Shown in pieces: positions 40,415-53,039 of a DNA stretch of 64,000 nucleotides. This stretch comes from Squalus acanthias (lineage: Eukaryota): assembly GCA_030390025.1 (NCBI GenBank), contig CM059438.1:69690001-69754000 (forward strand). The letters run 5' to 3'. A model generated the notes under the pieces. That model was not told the DNA's origin. It saw only the letters and a program-made list of their open reading frames with translations, and did no database searches. Every line of letters begins with the position of its first letter. The stretch's first letter is position 1. The position numbers and the translations under genes are program-made.

Positions 40415-43400
40415 GTTACAGATAGCACTAGAGTAAGAAATAGTAAGGTATTAGGTGGGGTCAGACTAAGAAAGAATACAAGAAGGTCTAAGATAGGTTT
40501 ACAGTGCATGTGTGTAAACGCACGCAGCCTGGTAAATAAGGTTGGTGAGCTGCAGGTGCAAATAGCCACATGGGAATATGATGTGGCGATAATGGAGACT
40601 TGGCTCAAAAAAGGGCAGGATTGGGTTTTAAATATTCCTGGATATAAGGTGTTCAGGAAAGATAGGGAAGGAAAGAAAGGAGGTCGAGTGGCAGTATTGG
40701 TGCAGGAGAGAGAGGATGTCCTGGAGGGATCAAGGACAGAATCTATTTGGTTAGAGTTAAGAAATAATAGAGGTGCCATTACACTACTAGGTGTATTCTA
40801 TAGGCCACCAGCTAGTGGGAAAGATATAGAAGAGCAAATTTGCAGGGAAATTAGAGGTGCAAAAACTATCGTGTTGTGATAATGGGGGACTTCAGTTATC
40901 CTAATATAGACTGGGATAGTAATAGTGTAAAGGGCAGTGAGGAGGAAGAATTTCTGGTGTGTTCCGGAGAACTTTCTTGATCAGTACATTTCTGGCCCAA
41001 CGAGGAAGGAAGCATTGCTGGATCTGGTTCTGGGGAATGAGATGGGTCAAGTGGAGATAGTGTCAGTAGAGGAACATTTAGGGAACAGTGATCATAGTAT
41101 CATAAGGTTTACATTAGCTATGGGAAAGGACAGAGAGCAATCTAGAGTAAAAATACTTAATTGAAAGAAGGCAAATTTCAGTGGGTTGAGAACGGATCTG
41201 GCCCGGGTAAACTGGAATCAAAGATTGGCAGGCAAAACTGTAATCAAACGATGGGCTGCCTTTTAAAGAGGAGTTGGTTCGGGTACAGTTGAGGTACATT
41301 CCCACGAGGGGGAATGATAGGGCAATTAAAGCCAGAGCTCCCTGGATGACGAAAGAGATAGAGACTAAGATGAAGCAGAAAAAGAGTGCGGATGACAGAT
41401 GTCAGGTTGAGAATATAGAAAGTTCAGAAGGGAAGTGAAAAAGGAAGTAAGTGTGGCAAAGAGAGGGTATGAGAATAGATTGGCAGCTAACATAAAAGGG
41501 AATTCAAAAGTCTTCTATAGGCATATAAATAGTAAACAAGCAGTAAGAGGAGGGGTGGGGCTGATTAGGGACCAAAAAGGAGACCTACACATGGAGGCAG
41601 AGAGCATGGCTAAGGTACTAAATGAGTACTTTGCATCTGTCTTCACCAAGGAAGAAGATGCTGCTAAAGTCATAGGGAAAGAGGAGGTAGTGGAGATACT
41701 GGATGGGATAAAGATTGATAAAGAAGAGGTACCAGAAAGGCTGGCTGTACTTAAAGTTGATAAGTCACCAGGACTGGATGGGATGCATCCTGTGATGCTG
41801 AGGGAAGTTAAGGAAGAAATCGCAGAGGTACTGGCCATAATCTTCCAATCCTCCTTAGATATGGGGGTGGTGCCAGAGGACTGAAGAATTGCAAATGTTA
41901 CACCCTTGTTCAAAAAAGGGTGTAAGGATAAACCCAGCAACTACAGGCCAGTCAGTTTAACCTCGATAGTCGGGAAGCTTTTAGAAACGATAATCAGGGA
42001 CAAAGTTAACTGTCACTTGGACAAGTGTGGATTAATTAAGGAAAGTCAGCATGGATTTGTTAAAGGCAAATCGTGTTTAACTAACTAGATTGAGTTTTTT
42101 GATGAGGTAACAGAGAGGGTTGATGAGTGCAATGCGGTTGACGTGGTGTACATGGACTTCCAAAAGTCATTTGATAAAGTGCCACATAATAGGCTTGGCA
42201 GCAAAGTGGCAGCATGGATACGAAATTGGCTAAGTGATAGGAAACAGAGAGTAGTGGTGACCATTTTTTTGTCGGACTGGAGGAAGGTATACAGTGGTGT
42301 TCCCCAGGGGTTGGTACTGGGACCACTGCTTTTCTTGATGTATATTAATGACTTGGACTTGGGTGTACAGGGCACAATTTCAAAATTTGCAGATGACACG
42401 AAACTTGGAAATATAGTGAACAGTGAGGAGGATAGTGATAGACTTCAAGAAAACATAGACAGGCTGGTGAAATGGGCGGACACGTGACAGATTAAATTTA
42501 ATGCAGAAAAGTGCGAAGTGATACTGTCGTAAATCGCAAGTAACAACTCAGGAAGTACTACTGGGTGGCCAGCTGGGGCGCCGTCCAGGGAGTATAAATA
42601 CTCAGGCATGGGCCCACCTTGGGCAGAGACAATCTGGAAACAGGAAGCTAGTGACTGCTAACTAGACCTCCATGTTTTGTTACAAGTTGATTAAAGCCTT
42701 GCATTATGTTCAAGTGTGTAGTGAGTCTTTATTACGTCAGATACATTTTGGCAGGAAGAATGAGGAGAGGCAATATAAACTAAAGGGTACAATCCTAAAG
42801 GGGGTGCATGAACAGAGAAACTTGGGGGTATATGTGCACAAATCGCTGAAGGTGGCAGGGCAGGTTGAGAAAGTGGTTAAAAGAGCATAGGGGATCCTGG
42901 ACTTCATAAATAGAGGCATAGAGTACAAAAGCAAGGAAGTTATGATGAACCTTTATAAAGCACTGGTTCGGCCTCAACTGGAGAATTGGGTCCAATTCTG
43001 GGCATCGCACTATAGGAAGGATGTGAAGGCCTTACAGAGGGTGCAGAAAAGATTTACGAGAATGATTAAAGGGATGAGGTACTTAAGTTACGCGGATAGA
43101 CTGCAGAAGCTGGGGTTGTTCTTAGAGCAGAGAAGGTTGAGAGGAGATTTGATAGAGGTGTTCAAAATCATGAGGGGTCTAGACAGAGTAGATAGAGAGA
43201 AACTGTTCCCATTGGCAGAAGGGTCGAGAACCAGAGGACATAGATTTAAGGTGATTGGCAAAAGAACCAAAGGCGACATGAGGAAAAACTTTAGGTTCTC
43301 GAATGCACTGCCTGAAAGGGTGGTGGAGGCAGACTCAATCATGGCTTTCAAAAGGAATTGGATAAGTACCTGAAGGTAAAAAAATTTGCAGGGCTACGGG

Positions 43401-43510
43401 GAAAGGGCGGGGGAGTGGGACTAGCTGAAGTGCTCTTGTAGAGAGCTGGCATGGGCTCGACGGGCCAAATGGCCTCCTTCTGTGCTGTAACCATTCTATG
43501 ATTCTATTCT
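40415..43510 (+). mobile_element. CR1 LINE with near-complete decayed ORF2 (APE + RT)
   Basis: CVNARSLVNKVGEL, AIMETWL, LDLVL, GNSDHSII, NYRPVSLTS, KFADDTKLG; tail ccattctatgattcta. Confidence 0.92.
42525..42739 (+). mobile_element. Solo LTR (215 bp) inserted in CR1
   Basis: TGTCGTAA...TTACGTCA termini, perfect 5-bp TSD GATAC (42520-24, 42740-44), TATAAATA at 42593 and ATTAAA near 42690. Confidence 0.9.
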
Positions 43511-45891
43511 GTTCTAGAGATGTAAGGTAGAAATGAACTCTGATCACTGTTTTATGAACTGCGGTTCTTTTGCTTTCCTTTCATTTAGAGAGAAAAAAAA
43601 GAAAGATATGCATTTGTACAACTGGTCTGAAAAAAATAAACAGATAGGTTTCAGTAAAAAGTGAAAATGGTGACATGAAACCTTGCTACAATTGACTTAC
43701 TGCCTCTGGGTTTGGAAGGAGATAATCAGCAAGGGTTCTTGCTCCTGATAGTTATCCAGCAACTGTTGCTAGAACTGCATGTGTGTGGATGTTAGTCGGC
43801 AAGGACCAGGCTCTGCTGTGATTTCCCCCATGGTTGACCAGCATGTCACCGTTGAAGCTTATGTCGGAATCATGGCCACTTGGAGACGACAACTGATGTC
43901 CAAAGAATCAAACAGGCTAACACCATTAGGAGAGAAGCATGGGAGATAATTGGCATGGGGAAAAAAAATATATTTTAAACAAATATGATATTTTGAAAAT
44001 GTAGTGGTGTCATGAACTATTGTTCACTAAATATAATGGCCTGTCATACTGCTGGATTTTAAACAGATAATTTTTCAAAATTTCCTTAACTTTGCAGAAA
44101 ATGAATGTAAATGTTAACATTATTTATTCAGCTTCTGCCTCATGCGATGAACTAAACAGACATTGATAATGCAGCGTTAACATTTCATGAGCCCCTTTTC
44201 TTACTACTCTCAATTAAGTGTCAGAGTGAAGAAATAGATGGAATAGAAAAGGAGGAATGGGAATTGTAATTACTGCTGCCATATTACATTCATTTAGTCC
44301 TCTGAACTATTGATCTCAGCATGACGATTCTTCGCTTTGCTGGTGTGTTTGATTAAAGTGAGAAAAAGTGATTAAAGGAGAAGGAAGGTGTGTGACTTCA
44401 AACTCAACTCTGGGGAGATTGGTTTCTTGCCAAAAGAATCTCACAACAACAACTAAATGTGACCTTTTAAATTCTTCTGGGTCTGGGGAAGCAATTATGT
44501 ATTTTGCTGGTAAATAAAAATAATTTCAGTGCCGTCTGCTTAGTTTGAGATAGAAACTGTAAGATAAAGAGTGTGCTGGCTGGAATGGCTCACTGAATAC
44601 TGAAGTGCATTCGAGAGTGTGTCTCTTTGTTGATTTTCTTTAGACTAACATCAATACTCTGTATGCAATCCTTTCATAAGCAGAAAACTATTCACAGCTT
44701 TCAGTGAAAGACTTTCAGAACTGTACAAATCTACTTTATGTTGCTATAATCCTTTGCTCTTCAATTAAAGAGTGAGGCTTGTTCGACAGATACACATATA
44801 ACAGATAGCTAGGAAAAGAAAATTAGTAAAATGTTTTTTTTTGGGAGAGGATGAAAAGGTCCATCAGAGGATGTAGTGTTGAACTGCTCAGCACTGGTCT
44901 TTCTATTCGTCTGGAGGGTGGATGGGAAAAGGGAAAAATGGACAAACTAACACGGACAGTCATCCCACTCTTCCACTGAGACCACACGTGATTTGCATCT
45001 TGTCTGTGCGCAGTTACTTATACCTACGGGAACTTGCATTAAAAGAATATCTCCGAGCACTTCACAAGATGATGAGGTGAATAAGAAAAGGAGGAATCTT
45101 AAGGATTGAGGGGGATGGCAAGCTTGATTTTTTTTTTTCGGGGGCGTTTGTACATAGTCTACTCCCTCTCCCTTCAATCAAATGAACATGATAGTGTTTT
45201 AAAAAGTGCAACTAGAAAAGATCGTTGGGGTAGAAAATCTACACCATTTTGTCCATTGAACTTGTTTATTCCAACTGATGTTGTGCAGTTTGTGTGCAAT
45301 GGACTCTCCCGAATTTAGTTACTATCCTGAGGAAGCAAGTTAAACTTCTAAGATGATAAAACTTTACTGAAATTCTTTAGAGTAATGAGGGAAAAACTCA
45401 AGGACATCAATCAAATGTTACAATCTACGTGACGCAATCGTGACTGGCTGTACTCAACAGATTTACATTTCCAGCATTCCGGCAGTACTGAAACTAAATA
45501 TAGTGCTCCAGGAAGTATTTAATTATCTATGTCTATACATAAACGTGCTGCATTTATTCACTACTTTTAATGAAATGATAATAACACAAACCACAAAAGC
45601 TAGAATTAAGTGGGTTATGTTAATTATCTGACTCCAAGGTTGCAGTGCTCTTTTAAAAGGGCTTTCTTCATGGAAAATCTGCTAGCCATGATAAGGAAGA
45701 GGTTTTTTGGAGCATGGGTCAGGCTATCAGATGAAAGATGGATTACTTTTCAGTTTGGGAAGAGAATGGAGAGAAGCGACCAGCTCACATATCCACAGTC
45801 AGTATGTCAAGGAGTGGCAAATATGTGACACTATCTTTCCACACACCTGCTCTCTTATACTAGTGGAGAGAAAATTGGGTCAATCCGGATG

Positions 45892-46153
45892 TTGTGTGAT
45901 ATTATAGAGCAGGTGCTGGTGAGTCGACAGCCTGTTCAGGGTGTGAGGTAAAGGATTCTTTATAACATGTCTGCTCCCAGTCTACACTTTTAAAGCATAA
46001 AACAAGAGCATCTTGTATTATGTGGCAATTTATATGAATCCCATCAAGTGTTAAACGGAAGTACTAGATTAATGGAGAGAACAAGAATTTAATTTTTATT
46101 GGATATAAAACGGGCAGCCGACTCACTAACACCCATTTTACACTATCACACAA
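45892..46153. mobile_element. Old palindromic MITE-like element whose loop contains the left IR arm
   Basis: 45892-45936 versus reverse complement of 46109-46153: 34/45 identical, ungapped. A related motif (gcagcccgtttcacact) occurs near 32010. Confidence 0.65.
45938..46078. repeat. Left arm of an inverted repeat bracketing the ASTN2 exon
   Basis: Reverse complement of 46689-46827; about 13 substitutions and one 2-nt indel by hand alignment over 141 nt. Confidence 0.95.
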
Positions 46154-46280
46154 AGTCAATATCTACCTCAATGTGTCAAATGAGTGATCCTTACAAGGGG
46201 GAAAATGGCAGTGAGGAGGAAAAAGTTAAATTTGAAACCAAGAAAAAGTAATATTTCTTCAATTCTTGTTTACCCCACAG

Positions 46281-46656
46281 GGAGGTCTGATTGCTCTGCT
46301 GCTTCTCATCTTAATCTTCACAATGGTACTGTACGCGCGCCGGAGATGGTGCAAGAGGCGGCGGGTGCCTCAGAAGAGCGCCAGCACGGAGGCCACTCAC
46401 GAAATTCACTATATCCCCTCCGTGCTGCTGGGACCGCAGGCCAGGGACAGCTTTCGTAACTCTCGGATACAGGCCCATAATTCAGTGGTCGGAATGCCTA
46501 TCCGAGAGACGCCCATCCTGGATGATTACGACTGCGAAGAAGAGGACAACCAACTTCGGCCCGAAGCATGCAACAGAGAAGATGACTTTGGAAGTCAGGT
46601 GACCCGTACACTAGAGAGCCTGGGGCGAGCAGAAGAGGAGAAACCACGTTTTGCAG
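46281..46656 (+). CDS. ASTN2: Internal coding exon of astrotactin-2 (first transmembrane helix and start of the following loop; probably equivalent to human exon 3)
   Basis: Acceptor ttcttgtttaccccacAG at 46279-80 and donor G|GTtggg at 46657-58; phase 0 to phase 1. Translation [88 protein letters not shown]...[17 protein letters not shown]. The motifs [21 protein letters not shown] and [12 protein letters not shown] match ASTN2 rather than ASTN1 as recalled. Confidence 0.93.
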
Positions 46657-46688
46657 GTTGGGTCCTTTTCTTTTTTTCCTTTTTGTGT

Positions 46689-46827
46689 TCTCCATTAATC
46701 TAGTGCTTCTGTTGAACACTTGATGAGATTCACTTAAATTGGCACATAATTCAAGATGCTCTTGTTTTATGCTTTAAAACTAGACTGGGACCAGACATGT
46801 TATATAGAATCTTCTACCTCACACCCT
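46689..46827. repeat. Right arm of the inverted repeat bracketing the ASTN2 exon
   Basis: Starts 33 nt after the exon end; reverse-complementary to 45938-46078. Confidence 0.95.
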
Positions 46828-49800
46828 CCCATGATGAAGCTTTATTTGACAAATCTTAAATGCGGACACAGAGCTGACAACATCCAGCAATCACAATGTC
46901 ATTGATAAATGGGGTTTTGCACAAACAGGCTATTTTCAGCCTGCCTGTGGCCAGCAGTTTTAAAGCATAAAAACTTAGATACTAGGGAGCAGTGAGATAA
47001 AACCTGAGGTATGTGCATACTGCAACTCCATTTATAAACTTTAGGATAATGTGGCAATTAACATAAATTATGTCTATAGATCTAAAGGACTTTAAGGAGC
47101 AGCAGCTGATTGAAGTGAGTAAAACCATAGGTCCATCAACATAGCGCAAACAACGAGATGTACTTAGCATTTCCATACTTGCTTATTGTAAAAGAAAACT
47201 CCCCGAAACACATCATGAATGTAGAGTGGAAAGAGCACATCATTGTTAGGGTACATTGCTGCCCTTCAGTCATATCCCACTTGCATGGTTGCCGCTGGTC
47301 TTTTGCCACTGGTCTTAGTCAAGAAGATCAGTGTTGATTTCCCACCTTGTTTTGCCTCAGGTTCCATGTTAGAGTTGGTACCATTGTTTAGATTAGTAAT
47401 GATACACTCTCAGTGAGAGAGCTGCATAAAAGGCCACAAAATTCATGCTGTGGTCTGTTTAGTGGGTGAATTGACAGTGAAGCCCCAACCTAATGAGTTT
47501 TTCTGGAGGCTAATTTTGAGTAGAGCCAAAACTATTGTATCTCCTTCACGTTAACTAATATCACTCGGCCATTGAGCTCTGCGCTCTTGTGTATAGTTGG
47601 GACAGAAACCTCTGAACAGTGTACTGGGTAATAAATGTCAAAGAACAACTACTTCCCCATAAAAATAAGAATTTTGGACGTTCCGGAGAAAATTATAATG
47701 AAATTTAAACATGGTTATAGTTTTTCGTGTATGTGTATGTATGAGTCTGAATGAGCACTATCTCTCTATATCCACTGTTATCTGTCTGTAACTTATACTT
47801 CAATCAGCTTTCAGTCCCTCATAGCATAAACTGTCAGATTGATTGTTATTGCCTTAACTATTAAATTATATTCTGTGCATTATGGGATCATCAATCTTAA
47901 CTGTAACAGCAGATCCAAAGACGCAAATTCTGTGCAGGCTTCATTGTAGCCTCAAGTGAAACTTGAACTGTGTTGTGGACTAGACTGAGCTATGAGGAAA
48001 GAGTAGAGAACCTTGTGCTCTTCAACCTTGAAGCAAAGTAACTGCAAGAGGGAACCAATTGGAGATATATGACAGTAAACGATATAGAAAAGATAAATCC
48101 AAACACTGCTTCAGATTAAACCACGACAATAGATGCTGTGTTTGAGTTGCTGTAGGTTCTCTCTGGATGCATGAGATAAGGTGGGCTGAATTGAATCAAT
48201 CATCCAGGTGTATCTTGTGTACAGTTCTAGCAGAGGCCACCAGGCATGATATGGAGCAGGTACACTGATGTATCTCAGGAATGTTGAAAACAATTGCAGC
48301 ACTTTCTGAGTGCTATTTCAGCACAGGCCACTTATGGAGTTTGTGATCTTCTTAGACTGCCTGGTGTGCTATGTTCCATTCTACCTGCTAAAGAGCAAGG
48401 AAACACTCACCGCTCACTTACTCCTACACTCATGTGAACCGCAGGCTTTGTACAACCATTCACTGGAGGAGTCTTCTAACAACTATTGGTTTACTAGTAA
48501 GGTTAAATTGGACAAATAACTTTACTGCCCATTGTAAACTGTTGGGTTTAGAGCTGGGCGATAAAGCCAAGGTCAGTTCTTATAGCCATGACTTCTTCGG
48601 ATTGTAAAAGAGCCTTGTTTTTATTAAATGATGGTTGTTGGAATCTTGGCAAGATGCCACCCATAGGCAGCTCATAAATATGCAGCACAAAGTGGAAATA
48701 ACAATCTTGACTGAGAGAATGGATATGTACAGGCTGATTTTCTTGTTCATTATGCCCGGGTACAAGCAGGTAGAGTGTACTCGAAGTGCACTCCACCAAC
48801 AATGACCTGAGCCCGTCTGTATGTCAGGGTTAAGGTTGTTTAAAAAAACAAAATGATCCCCATTGCAGGTCCACCCCCGTCAGTGCCGAGTGCGTGGAAG
48901 TGGGGGAGGAAAATCATTAGCGGCAATGGTTGCCAGCATCGGGGTCTTTCACCAGTGAAATCCACGACGGATGAACCCAATTCTGTCCAAAAACTGCAGT
49001 AGACAGCTCCCGTGAAAGAAAAAAAGAGACTTACGTGTGTCCTGAAGTCTTTTTTGCTTTAACGGTCCAGTTTCCAATCGGATAGGAACTGGGCACAGGG
49101 CCTAAGGCCCATTTCTTCTGGGTACCTCTCAAAATGGGCAGTCTACCAATGTTGGAGGAAGAAAATGAGGCACGAAGGCTAGGAATGCCCCCACTCCCCT
49201 CAGTATCATAGCCTTATGCCCCAATTTTGCCTCGTGCCGAGGCCCAGAGTTCTGGTGGGGGAAAGGTGAACAGGAGGTGGGGACGAAGGTAGGCCGGTCA
49301 GGGCCCACTGTTTTGTTTAGCCAGGAGGAGATCTTCTGCTCCTTCCAAATCCACATAATACTAAAAAAAATTCCATGTATTTGGGCCTTTTTTGGGCTGC
49401 CTTCAGTGGTCCCCTTAAGGGCCGATGGTTTGGCTGCTCAAGACCCGGAAATGCCAGTCGGAGCTTGCGCTTAACAAGCTCCAACTGGGACAAACAAATT
49501 TAGGAGTCCGGATCTGAAATGAGCATAGGATGCCACATTTCAATATTGAAATAAGGCCTGCACTCATGGTAGCCGCCTAAAGAAAGGCCTCGACCAATTT
49601 AGCAGTGACCAGAACGCACCTGCAGATCGCGGGCCTCTGCATTGCTACGCCTATTTTAGGCCCATACAACAGGTTGCAACAATGTCAGTTTTGGACCCCA
49701 AGGTGCCCTGTGTGAAGCAGGACATGTTCATAATGTCAGTGAAGTAGATTGTATTGAAAAGCAAATATATATCACAAGCTACCTTTGGCTATAAGTTTTA

Positions 49801-50454
49801 AGGCATTAAACCCAAGTGGACATCTCTCGCAGTGTCTTGAAAGAGTGAGTGTAAGTGCTCCTCCACAGTGTTAGTGCTACTTGATATCAAAGGGTGGGGA
49901 GGGGGGAAACCAGTCTGACATTTTTAGGTCAAAATTAAGCTTTAGAAATATGAAAGAACTTGATTAAAGATAGAATATGAAAGAACTTGAGTAAAGATAG
50001 AATTTAGGAATCTCTTGTGGTTGAAGTTGCCTGTCAAAGCTTCATTGATATTTTTGAGGCAATGCAAGACTACAGTAATTGAAGAGTTTTAAAAAATGGT
50101 CTTAAATAAAACAGGTGTAGTCTGAAGATGATCCTTTTGTTAGACAAACACTTGTATGGTACACGCTTTCAGAATTTCCAAAGTAATTTCCTTTAGTCTT
50201 AAAAGGCTTCTAACTCTGTCGGCATTTGAAGGGTAAACTTCAGCTGTAAAACACAGTTGTACAGCTCGGCTCACTGAAGTGCATGGTTTATATCCCACAA
50301 GAGCTTTGGAATTCGAGAACACCAGCAAAGGCGAAGGCAGTGTTAGAGAGGCTGAGCAGACAGTAAGCACAGCTGAGATAGGTTCAAATCCAGGTCAGAA
50401 ATCTGAGCTAATCAAATTTAATGGCCATAATTGTAATTTGGAGGCCTGTAGGGA

Positions 50455-51300
50455 GTGGGGAAGTTAGAAAGCGGTCGGGAAACCCGGGAGAACGGGTTTC
50501 CCGCAGGCCCTGCATTCCTGCCCGCAGCCAGCCAGATGGAGAGACTGGCTGGCTGTCGGGCGGGATGGCCTGCGGCACCAGGCCGCAGAGAGGAGGGAAG
50601 GATCGGGGGCGGAGGGGTGAGACTGGAGGAGGATCGGGGCTGGAGGGAGTAGGCCAAAGGGGGATCGGGGCCAGAGTGGGAAGGGCAGAAGGCTGGGAAG
50701 GCGATCGGGGGCTGGAGGGGGGAGGCCGGGAAGGCGATCGGGGGCCTGAGGGGGGAGGCCGGGAAAGCGAGCGGTTTGGGGGGGTGGGGGTGGGGGAGAT
50801 GGTGGAAGGCGGGTGTCGGCAGGAAGGAAAGGTGATTGGGGACTGGAGGGGGATGTTGAGAAGGCGATTGGGGGCCAGTGGGGGGAGGTCAGAAGGCCGG
50901 AGGGGGATCAGGGGCCAGAGGGGGTATATGGGGCCGAAGATCGGAGGGGGGAATCAGATATTGGAAGCCTTTTGGTGGGGCGGGGGGTCAGAGACGTCGG
51001 GGGTGGGGGAGGTTGGCGGGAGATTGGATGGGTTGGGGAGGTTCAATTGCGGGGGTTGGTGAGGCAGGAACGGTGGATCCAGCAGGTAAGTTGAAAGGCA
51101 CTTACTTCTTGGATCCAGCAGTCCTTGTCTCCCTTTAGCTGGTGGGTTCCCCGAGGCCAGGGAATCCTGATCAGCATGAGTTAATTTTAAAATGGTGGAT
51201 CACCATGAAGCACGCCAGCATCATTATAATATTTAAAGTGCCAACCTGCCTCCTGGAAGGGGGTTGTCTGCCCACCCTCCCTGTTTTTTGGGGTTAAAAT
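50455..51300. repeat. GC-rich repeat element with strong hairpin and G-rich GATCGGGGG minisatellite
   Basis: Hairpin 50501-50575; strongly G-skewed tract 50590-51060. Confidence 0.65.
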
Positions 51301-53039
51301 TCCCCCAATGTTTGTGAGGGTAAGTCAAACTCGGGCAAAGCTTGGTTCACTTGTGAGGTGAGGGTGAGGTGAGCAGCAATGTGAGTTTTATTTTCTGAAA
51401 TCCAGTGATCCAAAGTAAAATGGTACCATTTGTACTTCATCGGTTTCTGCACTTGCAGTATATGTACAGACCAGCTCCTTCATATTTGGAATTATTCTAT
51501 ACAGCTTTGACAGAGCTAACTCTGTTCAACTTGGTGTGTGTGAGATAAGGAATTGGAAAATTAGATAAATGTCAGTTGGAATTAGTCTGCTTGACTGAAT
51601 GAAGGTTTTGTGGGTTTTATCTTACACAATGTGTTTTTTACCCTCACTGGGTTGACTGTGTGGGCTTTTTTGATGTATATTTCCTTAAAAAATTGGCTAA
51701 CAAATTACTTCTTTGCCAGAGTATCATAGTCTTGTGTCTTACCTAAGATTGATTGATGGTGACTGTGGGTAAAAAAAAAAAGAAAATGTTCCATTGCCCA
51801 ATATTTTCCCTTCTGGCTCCAGTGTGCATAAATACAAAAATAAACGTTACACTGGCATGTATGTGATCTGCTGGCTTGAAATTCTTCATCGGTATACTAC
51901 AGGGTTTGCAGGACATCACAGAAAAGTATTTAAACCCATTAATTCCTCGAAGATGTTGTACATGGAGCATTGGGGCGGCAAGATTTTACAGAAGCTCGTT
52001 CATTGTCAAAATAAAGTGGCCAAATCGCTTCATCAACTGCATCACCACTCATGGAACTGAGACAGCTATCGATTTGACAGTCAGTTCTATGTCTCAGCCT
52101 AATGAGACAATGTGCACAAAATAAGTTCAGTTTCCAATTCTCAGGGCAAGATTTTATCATTTTTTTTCCAATTTCAATCTACGCATCCTCTCCCAGTAAA
52201 ATTGCACCCAAGATCCCAGAGTGCCAATGATTGCCCTACAGAACTCGGTTTGTCTTTCAAAAGGTCAGAATTAAAGGGTTTACAGGATATTCCCATCCTT
52301 GAACATGCTGGATATTTGGGTCATCTCTAAAACGCCTTGTTGTGCTAAATGCACCAAAGCCAGACTCGTGTTGTACATTAAATAGCAAAACTTTCAAAAT
52401 TGAATCACCAAATGAGTCCTGATTTTTCCTCATTGATTCATCATCTCGATATACAAAAAAAACTGGGGTTGTCGTCTAGATTGGTTAAAAACAAAAAATT
52501 GCAAGGCTGTGGCCCTTTTAGATGTTTCATTCTTATAATATCCACGCAAGCCATGTTATCTCCTCTAGTCTGCACTTGGCTCTTCCGTTGCTCTGTTACT
52601 GAGTCACTTACGTAGAAAATTGTAGGCTCAGGAGAAAGGCTGATCAGCAGCCTTCAAATGATTGAATAAGAAACATTTAATCGTTCAGTTCCTCATTGTG
52701 AATTCATTTGATACACACCATGGATCCTCGCTATGATTCGAGTTGTGGAACACTGCTGCAGTTGGGTATGCCGTTTTCCACAAGTCCTGTTTCTGTTGTT
52801 GACAGGATTAATTTTTAAAAACTTCTGCACCAGATGCTAGACCATGTATAATGGAAGTAAACTTGAACACATAATCTAGAAGTGAGGGAGAACTGGAGGT
52901 ATCATCCTTTGGATGAGCTATTAAACCTAGTCTGCCTCTTCCAGTGGTTTAGTTGAATGCTGAGACTTCCATGGGACTGTTTGGAGAACAACTGGGAATT
53001 CACCCAGTGTCCAAACCAATATTCCTACCTCAATTGCAA

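Noticed and set aside
40093..40779. 228-aa minus-strand ORF
   Set aside because: Largely the antisense shadow of the CR1 endonuclease region plus flank.
46266..46703. ORF-track 145-aa protein as a complete gene
   Set aside because: Its ends are intronic read-through; the real unit is the exon 46281-46656.
48850..49700. GC-rich MITE-like stretch (similar ones at 1-260 and 56860-56930)
   Set aside because: Likely DNA-transposon derivatives, but I could not fix TIRs or TSDs.
49947..50002. 28-bp tandem duplication
   Set aside because: Two-copy slippage with no further structure.
50421..51138. Gly/Arg-rich ORFs up to 213 aa
   Set aside because: Artefact of the G-rich tract, which lacks stop codons.
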